Below, piece by piece: positions 31,684 to 42,600 of a stretch of 64,000 bases of DNA. A model generated the notes under the pieces. The model searched no databases and was not told the origin of the DNA. It saw only the letters and a list, made by a program, of their open reading frames with translations. Position 1 is the first letter of the stretch. Each line of letters opens with the position of its first letter. The DNA is from Candidatus Hodarchaeota archaeon (GTDB lineage: Archaea; Asgardarchaeota; Heimdallarchaeia; Hodarchaeales; Hodarchaeaceae): NCBI GenBank assembly GCA_029856365.1, contig JAHQWW010000003.1, positions 1-64,000 of the forward strand. The letters are read 5' to 3'. The position numbers and the translations under genes were made by a program.

Positions 31684-32481
31684 ATGGTAAGAGGTCTTAT
31701 CATGGAAAAAGAATCATCTGAGCTTGTTTTTCGATCAGATCCCAATAAAACTGTTTGTGAATGCACGACTGATATAAGTCCGGAATGGATTGCCGTTGGT
31801 TTTCCTGGACATGGATTAGTTGGTAATATTGCTGCAAAGCACATTATACAAGAACTTGATTTAAAGTGGATTGGATCAATCCGTTCTCCTCTTATCCCTC
31901 CTGTCTCTGTGTTTATCGATGGTATTCTATCATATCCTTACAGGATTTATGGTAGTAAAGAACGTAAAATCGTTGTTCTAATTGGTGAATCTCCTTGTCC
32001 ACCTCAAGCATATTATTTTCTTGCTAATGCCATGTTAGATTGGGCAATAAACATCGGAACTAAACAAGTGATTTGTTTGGACGGATTTGTAGCAGATCCT
32101 CGTGATGAAAAAACGAATAATGTATTTTTAGTGGCTGAACCTCAGGTCTATAAGGAAAATAAGGAATTAATGCAATTGGATTTTCCCAAACCCCACACTG
32201 GTTTTATTTCTGGTCTCTCTGGTGCAATTATGAATGAGGCTCTTCTTACGCAAATTGAAGGCTTTTCACTCCTTGTACCTGTATCCACTCCATATCCCGA
32301 CCCGGGAGGAGCTGCTAAACTGATTGATTCACTTAATCAAATAAAAGGTCTCAAGATCGACACTTCTAAGCTCCTTCAGGATGCTGAAAAAATTCAGAAA
32401 TCTCTGATGGAATTAGCAGAACGAAATCGTCAGCTATCGCAAGGTGAAGGAATAGAACCTAGTAAAGGCCTTTATGTCTGA
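31684..32481 (+). CDS. PAC2 family proteasome assembly chaperone (PbaB-like)
   Basis: GFPGHGLVGNIA and YPDPGGA motifs; C-terminal LYV (HbYX). Confidence 0.9.
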   Translation: MVRGLIMEKESSELVFRSDPNKTVCECTTDISPEWIAVGFPGHGLVGNIAAKHIIQELDLKWIGSIRSPLIPPVSVFIDGILSYPYRIYGSKERKIVVLIGESPCPPQAYYFLANAMLDWAINIGTKQVICLDGFVADPRDEKTNNVFLVAEPQVYKENKELMQLDFPKPHTGFISGLSGAIMNEALLTQIEGFSLLVPVSTPYPDPGGAAKLIDSLNQIKGLKIDTSKLLQDAEKIQKSLMELAERNRQLSQGEGIEPSKGLYV

Positions 32482-32498
32482 AAAGGATCACATTTGTT

Positions 32499-33008
32499 TC
32501 AGCGATTACTCTGCCACTCAAGAAGACAATCCCAATTATTAAAATAGTTTTTCAGAGATTTTGCCACGGATTTTGAAAGCTTAGAATTTGATTGTTTGTT
32601 CAAAATTTGTAGATCAGAGAATGGCAGAGTCACTATCCATTTGTCATTTTTAGTCTTCATTCGATGTTTTTTTGCTATCTGCAAAAAATTTTTCGATTCT
32701 AAAATAAAATGATGTTTCTGAAAAGTCTCATCTTCTTCAGGTAAACGTATAGCGAGAATTATGAAACTCTCATTATCCATAAAAAACCCTATTTCAAGCT
32801 CCCATATAATGTTGGAACCTTTTTTTAATCCTGTACACACTTTAATATCAGCATAGCGTACGAGACCCCCGTTTTCTGAACGAATGACCATATCTACTTT
32901 ACCAGATCCAGCATATGGACTGAATGACTCTACACCCATCTGATATAATTTTAATTGGATATCTAACTCATCTATTCCATCCAGGCTAAATTCTTCATCT
33001 GGATTCAT
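32499..33008 (-). CDS. PD-(D/E)xK nuclease-fold protein
   Basis: E...L...G...P.....VDMVI....YADIK pattern. Confidence 0.55.
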   Translation of the reverse strand: MNPDEEFSLDGIDELDIQLKLYQMGVESFSPYAGSGKVDMVIRSENGGLVRYADIKVCTGLKKGSNIIWELEIGFFMDNESFIILAIRLPEEDETFQKHHFILESKNFLQIAKKHRMKTKNDKWIVTLPFSDLQILNKQSNSKLSKSVAKSLKNYFNNWDCLLEWQSNR

Positions 33009-33252
33009 TCACATAATGACCCCTAACTGTCCCTTCATATCAAATATTTTAAAATACGTTGCTAAAATATCTTCAATTCAATTTTCAAATACATGTAAAG
33101 CAAATACTTTTGCAAGATTTCTCATTGTTCTGTTTAATAAAAAGTTTTTGAAATTTATTTCAGAAGAGGTAAATATTTCTTGAAAGAAAAATAGTATTCA
33201 ATTCCACTAGAAAATCATTACTAGATAAAGCTCTAGGAAGAAAAATGATCTC

Positions 33253-34254
33253 TTAAGAAGGATTAGAAAACAAAGTTAGTCGTTCATGACACATTGGACA
33301 TTGATTGAATACTTTCAACCATTCCAACAAGTGATTACGATGAAAAGTATGTTGACAGATCGGACACGCAACACTATCATCATCAGACTCTATAGGATAT
33401 CGACAAATTACACAATACTTTTCAGATTGTTTAAATACATCCAAAGGGATGTCACTGATTGTCTCACCTTCATGGCAATCATCTACGGCTAAAATCAATT
33501 CACCGACCCTATTGAGCTCTAATCTCCCGATGATTTCTTCTTGAAACAATATGTGTTCAAGAATACGTTGAAGCAAATGATAATCTACAATTCGATCATG
33601 AACGTGTTTTTTGACTTTGAACATTAAGTAATCAGATTCAATCTCGTTTCGAGGTCGGGACATCTGGGTATTAATAGTATCGAGTATAATTTGCCTCATA
33701 TTTGATAAAAAAACAATATTCTCACGTTTCTTTTTGATTTCATTTAGAGATTGACCTACTAACTTGACAATATCCCTCAGTTCTCTTTGAATGTGCGAAG
33801 TGCTAATAGGAGGGGAGCCTACTGAAATTTCATTTGAAGTTACATTTAATATCTCCTCCATTTCAATGTAAAATTCATCTAATTGTTTTAGAATGGTTTT
33901 AGTGTTATTTAGGGTCTGGAGTGGTTCAATTAATTCAATTTGAGCTATTATTTGTTTCACATCAAAACGACGGGTGACCAAGTCATCTAGGTAACGCGAA
34001 ATCTCTATAAAAAAGGGTTGGCGTAATTTTTTATTCACAATATATGAAAAGAGAATACTTAGTAAGAATCCTGTGATGACAGTAAGCTTTTCAAGATTAG
34101 AAGATAATCCAATTGCACTTAGAACAGATGTTACCCCAATAAATATTACTATTAAGATGATAAAATTCCCAGTTGTTTTATTTCGTGATAACCTAGAGAG
34201 TTTTACAACATTGGTGGCCATTATTACACCAAACAACAGAAAATAACACTTCAA
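33253..34254 (-). CDS. Membrane-anchored RING-H2-like protein (putative E3 ligase)
   Basis: Two N-terminal TM helices; C-terminal CVIC...CPICQHTFHRNHLLEWL....CPMC. Confidence 0.85.
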   Translation of the reverse strand: MKCYFLLFGVIMATNVVKLSRLSRNKTTGNFIILIVIFIGVTSVLSAIGLSSNLEKLTVITGFLLSILFSYIVNKKLRQPFFIEISRYLDDLVTRRFDVKQIIAQIELIEPLQTLNNTKTILKQLDEFYIEMEEILNVTSNEISVGSPPISTSHIQRELRDIVKLVGQSLNEIKKKRENIVFLSNMRQIILDTINTQMSRPRNEIESDYLMFKVKKHVHDRIVDYHLLQRILEHILFQEEIIGRLELNRVGELILAVDDCHEGETISDIPLDVFKQSEKYCVICRYPIESDDDSVACPICQHTFHRNHLLEWLKVFNQCPMCHERLTLFSNPS

Positions 34255-34324
34255 AACTTTCTGGATTTATTTTATACGAGGATTAATTAAAAACTAGCCT
34301 AGAAAAAGACTCCGCAAAACCTAC

Positions 34325-35290
34325 TCATTCCAGTAAAGCCTGTTCCTTTTTACTATCAGTAAAACACTCATAATAGTCTGATTGAACAATTGAATTTTCA
34401 TAATTTCGATCTATGATTGTATTTGGTAAAACGACACTACTCGTTAATTCTACCCCCTTTTTAACCACAGAGTTGTCTCCTATAATGGAGTTCTTTATGA
34501 CAGCTGATTCATCAATATGGACATTTTTTCCAATTATATTTTCATTAACTCTCCCTTTCTGAATCTTATGAAGAAATTTGAGGTTATAACGCCACAAATC
34601 ATGAGATGTACTGATATGAAAGACTCTCTTCGCAATTAGTCCGCCCACTCGCCCTCCATGACGAATGGTTTTGTTAATTGCTGTAGCTAGTTCATATTCA
34701 CCACGTTTGGTCTTTTCGATGCTTTTTATTATGTTGAAAATTGATTTTGAAAAAATATAAAGAGCTGCTGAATTTAGATCACTCAGTATTTCAGCTGGAG
34801 TTTGTGGTTTTTCTCGAACCTCTAAAACACGGCCATTTCGATAATCAACTGTGGAGGATTCTTTCATTAAGTCAAACTCCATTATTTCAAGAGAAAGAGT
34901 GATGTTATTTCTTTCTTTGATATGTGTTCTACATAATTCCTTTAAGAAAGAAGCTGAAAACAATGAATCCCCTGCTATTACCAGAAAATGTTTGGTTGTT
35001 AGATATTCTTCAACCTGTAAAACCGCATGTGCTGTCCCAAGTGCTTTTTCCTGAGCGATAAAAAGTGTATTGATGTCTGGAAAAGCCATATTAATAAATG
35101 AGGGGATAATCTTGTCATCTTTTTGGATAACAATTCCAATATTTTGAATATCAGCCTTTAAAAGTCGTTCTATTGAGTATTGTAAAATAGGTTTGTTTAA
35201 TAAAGGTAACATCGGTTTAGGAGTGTTGTATGAAAATGGATGCAGTCGTGACCCTACACCTGCAGCCAAAATAAACGCAGAAACAGTCAT
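34325..35290 (-). CDS. Sugar-phosphate nucleotidyltransferase (RmlA/GlmU-like)
   Basis: LAAGVGSRL, PKPMLP, LGTAHAV, EKP and RGEYEL motifs; short left-handed beta-helix tail. Confidence 0.9.
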   Translation of the reverse strand: MTVSAFILAAGVGSRLHPFSYNTPKPMLPLLNKPILQYSIERLLKADIQNIGIVIQKDDKIIPSFINMAFPDINTLFIAQEKALGTAHAVLQVEEYLTTKHFLVIAGDSLFSASFLKELCRTHIKERNNITLSLEIMEFDLMKESSTVDYRNGRVLEVREKPQTPAEILSDLNSAALYIFSKSIFNIIKSIEKTKRGEYELATAINKTIRHGGRVGGLIAKRVFHISTSHDLWRYNLKFLHKIQKGRVNENIIGKNVHIDESAVIKNSIIGDNSVVKKGVELTSSVVLPNTIIDRNYENSIVQSDYYECFTDSKKEQALLE

Positions 35291-35392
35291 TTTTGTCAGA
35301 TCAATTAAATTAACCGTTATTTTTCAATTAATAAAGATTTATAAGTCATTTTGTTAGAATTGTCTCATAATTAATAATCGGGGATTAGTTGC

Positions 35393-36136
35393 ATGGTTCG
35401 TTTAAAAGCTGTTTACCTGATTAAAGAGGAAGGATTTGTAATATATCACCAATCATTTGGTGTAACAGAGCAGGATCAGGATATGGTAGCGTCTTTACTT
35501 ATGGCTTTGAGGAGTTTTGGAAAAGAAGCTTTAGGAGAGGGAGGATCTTTGTCCAAGGTAGACTTTGGAGAAGGGGCAGACATGATTTTAGAAGCGGGTA
35601 ACCGAATAGTTGCAATCGCGGTAGTAGTTCTCGATAAGGAACATAAAGAACGAGAGGAGTATGACATTCGTAAAGACTTATTGAAATTCGTTAGAAAAAT
35701 TGAGGAAAAATACTCAGAAGAGCTGAATGACCCCATTTTTCAAAAGAGTGCTTTTTCTGGAGTTGCAACCCAAATATATCAACATTTTTTCCGTGATAAA
35801 ATGTCTAGGATTCATCAAAACCAATTTGCAAGTATTAATGAGTACTTGAAATATCCCACAACCCTATTATTTGAAATCACTCCTCGGGGAGGTAAGCTCT
35901 ATCAATTTTATAGAGAATTTCCAAAATTCACTGAATTAATCGGAGATATCCAGAAAGAAGAATTTGATAAATTAATTGACAGTATGCAAGACAAGAATAG
36001 CATGGTTTCATTTAAAGATTGCCTTGATCTCTTTGGTGAACAGAAGATGGATCAGATTCTTGAAATATTCAAATTTTTGACAAATCGTGGAATGTTTGAA
36101 GCATATAATTTTGAACGAATAGCAATTGAGTCATAA
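35393..36136 (+). CDS. Longin-like domain protein with putative C-terminal wHTH
   Basis: VYLIKEEGFVIY...MVASLLMALRSFGKE longin pattern; C-terminal helix-rich segment ending LTNRGMF. Confidence 0.65.
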   Translation: MVRLKAVYLIKEEGFVIYHQSFGVTEQDQDMVASLLMALRSFGKEALGEGGSLSKVDFGEGADMILEAGNRIVAIAVVVLDKEHKEREEYDIRKDLLKFVRKIEEKYSEELNDPIFQKSAFSGVATQIYQHFFRDKMSRIHQNQFASINEYLKYPTTLLFEITPRGGKLYQFYREFPKFTELIGDIQKEEFDKLIDSMQDKNSMVSFKDCLDLFGEQKMDQILEIFKFLTNRGMFEAYNFERIAIES

Positions 36137-36160
36137 TTAGTATTCATTCTAGAAATGAAC

Positions 36161-37015
36161 CTAGCATGTAACATCTTTCCCGCAATGAGGACATTTAATA
36201 GTTTTTTCCCTCTGGGTTCGTACAATAAATGCAGTCATCTTTCTCATTTCTTTTTGCATTGTATTGAGTTCAGTTATAATTCTCGTTTCAATACTGGTGT
36301 TAATTTGCTGATTCATCACCTCAGGAAGAGTAGAAATATTTTTAGTCAACTGTTCGGCTGCTAGTACTAATCTTTGAAGAGTTCCATCCTGTTTAGCCAA
36401 ACGTTCTGTCACAGATGTCTTTAATTCGTTGACGGATGACTCTAAGTAAATAGAGATACGATCACGCAGTGATGTCAATTCTACTTGGATTATTGCATTC
36501 ACTCGATCTCTAAGTTCAGCAACAGTGGTTAATTGATCAGTCTGATTCTCAATTAGGGCATTTAGATTACTTACAACGTTATCAAGTTTGTCTGAAATCA
36601 CTACGAAATTATTAATACTAGCTTCGAATCGGCCCTTGGTTTCTTCAGTAGATGAGTCTACCATTGTGGTGATATCATTGGATAACCTCCGCATACTCCC
36701 AACAACATCTTCCACGTAGCTAACTTTAATAAATTTCAGATCGTTCTTTGTTTCTTCAGCAGTTGTCACGAATGTCTTTTGAAAAGACCCAATGGATTCC
36801 TCAAGGTTAGAAATTACTGTAGGAAGGTTTTGGATTGAAACCTGTAAATCAGAACTGATTTTTGAAGTGTCAACTATTTGCTGGATCGTAATAAGCTTTT
36901 CATCAATACCATTTGTAAGTTGGAGGAGGTATTGTAATTCTGAGGGATCTTTAATGGTCTGTTTTAATTCCAATATCAGTTGCAATATCTCTTTAATGTC
37001 ATCTTCTAAGCCCAT
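36161..37015 (-). CDS. Long coiled-coil protein with terminal CPHC motif
   Basis: Continuous heptads; ends IKCPHCGKDVTC. Confidence 0.75.
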   Translation of the reverse strand: MGLEDDIKEILQLILELKQTIKDPSELQYLLQLTNGIDEKLITIQQIVDTSKISSDLQVSIQNLPTVISNLEESIGSFQKTFVTTAEETKNDLKFIKVSYVEDVVGSMRRLSNDITTMVDSSTEETKGRFEASINNFVVISDKLDNVVSNLNALIENQTDQLTTVAELRDRVNAIIQVELTSLRDRISIYLESSVNELKTSVTERLAKQDGTLQRLVLAAEQLTKNISTLPEVMNQQINTSIETRIITELNTMQKEMRKMTAFIVRTQREKTIKCPHCGKDVTC

Positions 37016-37183
37016 ACTATTTCCTCACATCTTTTCACTATTGTTGAGTAATAAACTCAAAGATTCTAAAAGATTTTCGAAGCTTCAAGACTCCAGCAGT
37101 TAAAATTCTAATCTTTTATTAGGGTTAATTAAAGATGCCTAGTAAATGTCTTTGAATCTTATTACAATGTTCAGGGAAACAGG

Positions 37184-38269
37184 TTATTTCAAGCGTCTTA
37201 AAAACGTCACAAACTTGTCATTTTCTAACATTGTGTTATTTAATCGATTGATCATAATAATCGTTTCAGAGTAAATGAATTGCTTGAAATCATTCTCTGT
37301 GGCATTTTGTAAGTCTAGATAAATCTCTTTCACAACAGAAAATGAAATATTAGGTATTCTAGATTCTAGATCTCCTGTTCCGAGATTATAATTCTTTAAA
37401 ATACTGGAGGAGACACGAAGAGAGTCTTGCAGCTTTCGATTATCACCAGAGTACTCTGAAATACTCAGATAATAATTCTTTACAATATCTTGGACTTGTT
37501 CTTGTTCCAAAGATGTAAGACTTAATTCATCTTCACTAGGAAACAATCGACGGAGGTTTTGGAGTAAGCGTGCGGCGGGGGCTTCTCGTAAGAGCTTACC
37601 AATAAGATTCTTTAACTCAAAAGATGGAATCTGAATAATTTCACGTGGATTAGGGAGAGAAGATTCTGATTGAAGCTCGTAACGATGTAGCTCTTTACAT
37701 GCAGCAAAATAGTAATTAGGAAAACCCAAGTGAGACAAATTCGAATATGAGGAAAATAATTTGTCAATAGTCTCAACGATTCCCCATTTGTCCAGATATT
37801 CAGTATTTCGTAGAAATAGACCTATTTTTTCCTCTAGAGGCTTTGTTGTTTGAGGCATTCCTGAAGCTTCTGTTGGTGTTGAAATAGTAGAGTGTGCACC
37901 TAGTAATGAAGAAACTTCCAAATCGATTTTTTCTATTTTTTCTAGAATTTCCAAACCTGATTCCGGTTGTAAACGCATTTTAGAAAGAAATTCCTGGACC
38001 ATGGTTAATGTTTCAATTACATCATCATTTAGGCCATCCTCACTCCTTAAAGTTGTAACTAGTGTTGAAAGAAGCTTAATGAGTAAGAGATTCAAACCAA
38101 TGAGGAGATTGATCTTCTCCCCCATGTTACCTCGTGAAGTCCAAAAATTAAATGAGGGATACTTCTGTTTATCTTTATCAGGTGCCAAGTTCGATTGATT
38201 TCTAAGAAGTTCGTTAGAATCAGGTGAGTCTCGTGTAGATTCGAACCTTGGGTGATCATTTTCGTCCAA
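37184..38269 (-). CDS. Hypothetical alpha-helical protein in the tubulin-like cluster
   Basis: Long ORF starting 14 bp after the tubulin-like gene; no recognisable motif. Confidence 0.7.
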   Translation of the reverse strand: MDENDHPRFESTRDSPDSNELLRNQSNLAPDKDKQKYPSFNFWTSRGNMGEKINLLIGLNLLLIKLLSTLVTTLRSEDGLNDDVIETLTMVQEFLSKMRLQPESGLEILEKIEKIDLEVSSLLGAHSTISTPTEASGMPQTTKPLEEKIGLFLRNTEYLDKWGIVETIDKLFSSYSNLSHLGFPNYYFAACKELHRYELQSESSLPNPREIIQIPSFELKNLIGKLLREAPAARLLQNLRRLFPSEDELSLTSLEQEQVQDIVKNYYLSISEYSGDNRKLQDSLRVSSSILKNYNLGTGDLESRIPNISFSVVKEIYLDLQNATENDFKQFIYSETIIMINRLNNTMLENDKFVTFLRRLK

Positions 38270-38283
38270 CTTAATCCAGCACC

Positions 38284-39648
38284 TTATTCTGGTTTGATGT
38301 AGTAACCAAATAACTTCTCCAAATCATTAACCGCTGCATCTAATTCTTTCCTTGTTGTTCCTTTTGATCGTTTAAACCAATGTTGTTTCAATTCCGAGTC
38401 ACCACTATGAAGATTGATGAGTGCTTTGGCCTCCTCAAGAATATCATATAATTCTGGTATTTTTGGCAAACCAAATAATAGAAGGAGCGAGGCTCGTGTG
38501 GTATCATCATCATAGGCACAGTAAGTTGGAGAAATACTTGCACCCTTAGCTAAAAATGGTGTCAATGCCTTTTTCAAAAGTGGATCATACTCCACTCGTG
38601 CAATATTACGGGGACCACTGAGTACAGAGAAAACAGATGAAGCAGCAGGATTTGTTCCCATATTTGTCAAGCTACAGTTAGAAAGAGTGTATTCAACTGC
38701 AGTGGATAGTTGAGAGTCCATTCCTCCAATTTCTGGAAAAACGGATAAATCGTCAAACATTGCTGGTACAACAACGCTATCCAATTTCAATGCAAAGTCA
38801 CCAATATCGGTAGTAGGTAATACTTCCTTTCCGATTTCAGGTACTCCAGGAGACAACATTTCAGCAATCGATTCTAAAGCTAGAGGGTTGATTAGTTCAA
38901 CAAAAGCCTCTTCTATCTGAGCTGGATAAGCTGTTCCGTCTTGGCCGATAACAGTTGGAACACTGGAACTAACCTGCTCACTACTTAAATCAGCTAAATT
39001 CCTTCCGATTTGTCTACTCAATAAATCAACAGATTCCCCACGTTGCCAACTTAAAACCCGTTCAAGCATTGTTCTATTAGAAAGAAGAAGGATAAGATCT
39101 GGCCCCATGTTTCCTTCCTCTAGTTGGAGTCGCAATAATCTTGATAACGCCCAGACGCTATTAATCGCTTCAGAAGACTGGTTAACGAATGGTAAGACCC
39201 CAAAAACATAAATAAAAATTTTACGTTTCTCCTCTTCAGCAAAACGGTTTCTTAACAATCGTATTAAAGCAGGAGTTCCACCACATCCAGTACCTCCTCC
39301 AAAACTGGTAAAAATACAAAAACCACTGATTCCCTCGTAACCAAGCCCTTGTAACTGATTTAGTACAATATCCTGAGAATTCATAACTGCTTCATAACCC
39401 GCAGAAAATTTTCCACCTACTCCAATCTCTGCATCTGAATAAAGAAGTGTTCTCTTCTTGGAAATGGAATACTTCTTTCGTGCTTTTAACAAATCACCAC
39501 GATCAGTATTCATCACTAGATATTCTCTGATGCGCTGAGGTAACTCACCTTTTTTTGATTTGGCTAAATAACTACCTACTAAATTTGACCCACACTCACC
39601 AATACCGATTGCGAAGATTTCTGACTCTGTTCCTCCTTCAATTGACAT
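38284..39648 (-). CDS. Divergent tubulin/FtsZ superfamily GTPase (CetZ/tubulin-like)
   Basis: GIGECGSNL (T1), NTD (T2), GVGG (T3), GGGTGCG (T4 signature), VLPF, LSN and TDIGDF (T7-like). Confidence 0.9.
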   Translation of the reverse strand: MSIEGGTESEIFAIGIGECGSNLVGSYLAKSKKGELPQRIREYLVMNTDRGDLLKARKKYSISKKRTLLYSDAEIGVGGKFSAGYEAVMNSQDIVLNQLQGLGYEGISGFCIFTSFGGGTGCGGTPALIRLLRNRFAEEEKRKIFIYVFGVLPFVNQSSEAINSVWALSRLLRLQLEEGNMGPDLILLLSNRTMLERVLSWQRGESVDLLSRQIGRNLADLSSEQVSSSVPTVIGQDGTAYPAQIEEAFVELINPLALESIAEMLSPGVPEIGKEVLPTTDIGDFALKLDSVVVPAMFDDLSVFPEIGGMDSQLSTAVEYTLSNCSLTNMGTNPAASSVFSVLSGPRNIARVEYDPLLKKALTPFLAKGASISPTYCAYDDDTTRASLLLLFGLPKIPELYDILEEAKALINLHSGDSELKQHWFKRSKGTTRKELDAAVNDLEKLFGYYIKPE

Positions 39649-39699
39649 TTCAACACGCTCTATTTGTATTATTTATCTATATATTCATTATTATATTGG

Positions 39700-42600
39700 C
39701 TATTTTTCCAGTTTAATACCAGATTTGATTTCAATAAGTAATTTCATTACTAGAGATAAGTACGATCGAATAACCTTATTATGAGGATATGTTTCTCTGA
39801 TTTTCTTAGATATTTCTTTATACTGTCGTGAGTTCTCCTCTCTGCTCTCCGTTGGGGTGTACCGAGGACGGAACATACGAATAGCATGATGCCAATGGTT
39901 CAATTGCACTGAAACCTTTTTCCATTCTTTTCTTTGTTCATCTATTAGTGGTATTAACTCCAGAATATATCTAAGATCATGAGAATCTAAGAATTCCTCA
40001 CGAGCTTTTACTAATTTAGATAAAGGAAAAATATTCTCAGACGCTTCCTCTGTATATCTCTTGAATACTTCCTGAATGTTAGAGTAATATTCTAAATTCC
40101 CCAACTCAATCTGTAGAGCAGCATTTCGATCTTTTTCAATTTTCTTCATGATTTCAATGACGGTCCCTCGTACTGAAACTAGTTCAAGTATTGCTTGTGT
40201 TAAGCGGCTAATGTGATTTGTTGTAGCAATTTCTTGAAATTGACTCAGATATGCAAGATCAACTCGTTCGTCTTGCCGTAAGTCAATTTGGTAATGATTA
40301 AATAAATATTCAACCGCATCTTGAATTTCAGTAATATAGCGTTTTCCCATGGATCTAATTTCACGACAAGCTTTTGTATCAGTTTGCAAGCGATCAATTT
40401 CAACAAAAACGTCAGTTATTTCCAGTAATTGGACATCTTCTTGATTTTTAACTATTACTTGGCTAAATGTTTCGATATATCCCCCGACATACTCGATAAT
40501 ATTGATCCCAACTTCTTTCAAATCATTAACATTTTTCAGAACCTTTCGTGATTCCTTTACACCATGTGCTAACAGAACAGCGACGATTTCTGTGTCATAC
40601 AAAAAAATTAGCTGCCGTAATTTGTGTGCTAACCGCTCATGGGACACTTCCTCGGCTTCAAAATCTGCAATTTTTTTCTCAGCACCAAAAACCCGATCAT
40701 CAAGCGGTGTTATTTCATTTATCCGTGGAAGACTGAGTCTTAGCCAATTGTAGAGATTTTGGTGAAGTGTAGCTAAGGAATCTTTCGCCATTTGCAAACT
40801 TTCCAAGCTATAACTTTCAAAAACGTTGACTAATCTGATAATATCCTTGTGAGTTTTAATCTCAGCCATTTTCTCGTTCATAAGTTTCAGGGTTTCTTCA
40901 AAAAAGATTGTATACTGGCTAGGAAGTTTAGAATAGTCCTGTATATGAGAGGATATTTCCCGTTCCATTTGTTCAGCCAATGTGGAAGCTTTTCGTTCAA
41001 CAAAAGCTCTTAATTGCCAAAATTCGGTTAAAGCTTCAGAATAATCAAGGTCATCAATTTCTCTATCAGTAGAATAGATTAAACTGCTTTTTCGAGATTT
41101 TAATAGCCTAAAAAGTCTTCTATCGACTCCCTCGAGATTTGTTATCTGCTTTTTTAATTCAATAAGAATTTCATTTTTATTTTCTTCAATCGTTTCAAGG
41201 AAAGAAATGTATTCTTTAATTACAGCCTCAATATTTCCTGATTCTGAATATTCATCAATTAAATCCACGATTTTACTGCGTTTTTCTCGTAGGTCAAATC
41301 GTGTCTCTATAGGAATTAATGGAAATGGAATCGACTTTAAATTCTCACGGATCCGTGAGGAAATCTTGTACTTCCAAACTGGAATCTTTTCATACTCATC
41401 TAAAAGCTCTTGGGTACTTTTTTGGGCAACAGCACTAGCCTCATCTCGGAATGATTTCAAATCGTCAACTGCAAGAATTGGAACATGAACCTTTAATTTA
41501 GGGGGAATTGTTTCTAGATTTATCAGTTGATTATAAATCGGATGTATTTCATTATCTATTTTATTCCAAAGTTCAGTTTTAATATTTGTATTAAGTCTAT
41601 GAAGTCTTTCGATTTCATGAACTAAGTCACGAATATCTATTTCTTCCACAATTTTATGTTTTCTTTGATATTCGATTTGATCTTTTAGGTCTTCAGATAG
41701 AATATCCCGTAAACTTTCACGTGAATCATAGAGATTCAACAAATTTTGTCTGAGACTTTGTTGAGCTGGTTTAGAAAAATAAGCAACCAGTCGAGTCTCC
41801 CAATCCTTTATTTCTCGAGCCTTACTACTTAATTCACTGGGTGATAAAGCCTCAAAATCGCGAATAATCGGTATTTGAGGCCCCTCACTTAAATTTATAA
41901 CTTCTTGGATGTGAGGATTTTCTAGTAATCTGAAGAAATAGTTTTGACACTCTTCAGCTAGAGCTGACTTCAATTCGTGATATCTTTTTGCGAGTTCTAC
42001 CCATTCCTGAAGGTCTCTTGTTTTCGCTGCCTCTTTTTCAATTGCTCGTATATCCTTAGTGAAATCAGATGGAACTGGTATCTTCATTGCACGAATAGCT
42101 TTAGAAGCGTTTATTAGTTCTGATGTACTGATCAGCTTCTTTGTAACAATAATTTGTTGTTGACGCCAAGAACGGATTTTCTCAATATCTTGGATTATAG
42201 TGGGTATATTTGTAGATGAAACATCTGTTTCTGGAACTGGTGAAAAAGAAGATTCCAGTCCTTCTCTTCCTGTAATCTGTATAATACGTCCGATTTGATC
42301 CTCAGTTTCTGTTTTTAATGAAATTTCATAAGTTCTTAGAGCATTTACGAATTCATTACTCAATGAATTCAATCTCTTTTCCAATGTGATGAGAGTTTCT
42401 ACTGAAGTTGTTTTTTCCGTACTGGCTTGAATATCTTGTATTTCCTCCTTCAGTACATCAATTTTTGCCCAAAGATCCAAACCAATTGAGGCTACTGTAT
42501 CGATATGTTGTTGTAACTCAGAAGACATTTGAATTATTGCCAGTTGGATTTTACCTTCTGTACCTTTTCTGCGCTGCTTTAAATATGCGTTTTCCGCTTC

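Noticed and set aside
38284-39648. Calling the gene ftsZ or a bona fide alpha/beta tubulin
   Set aside because: It lacks FtsZ GGGGxN/GAG.NP and tubulin MREI/NNWAKG signatures; assigned to the superfamily only
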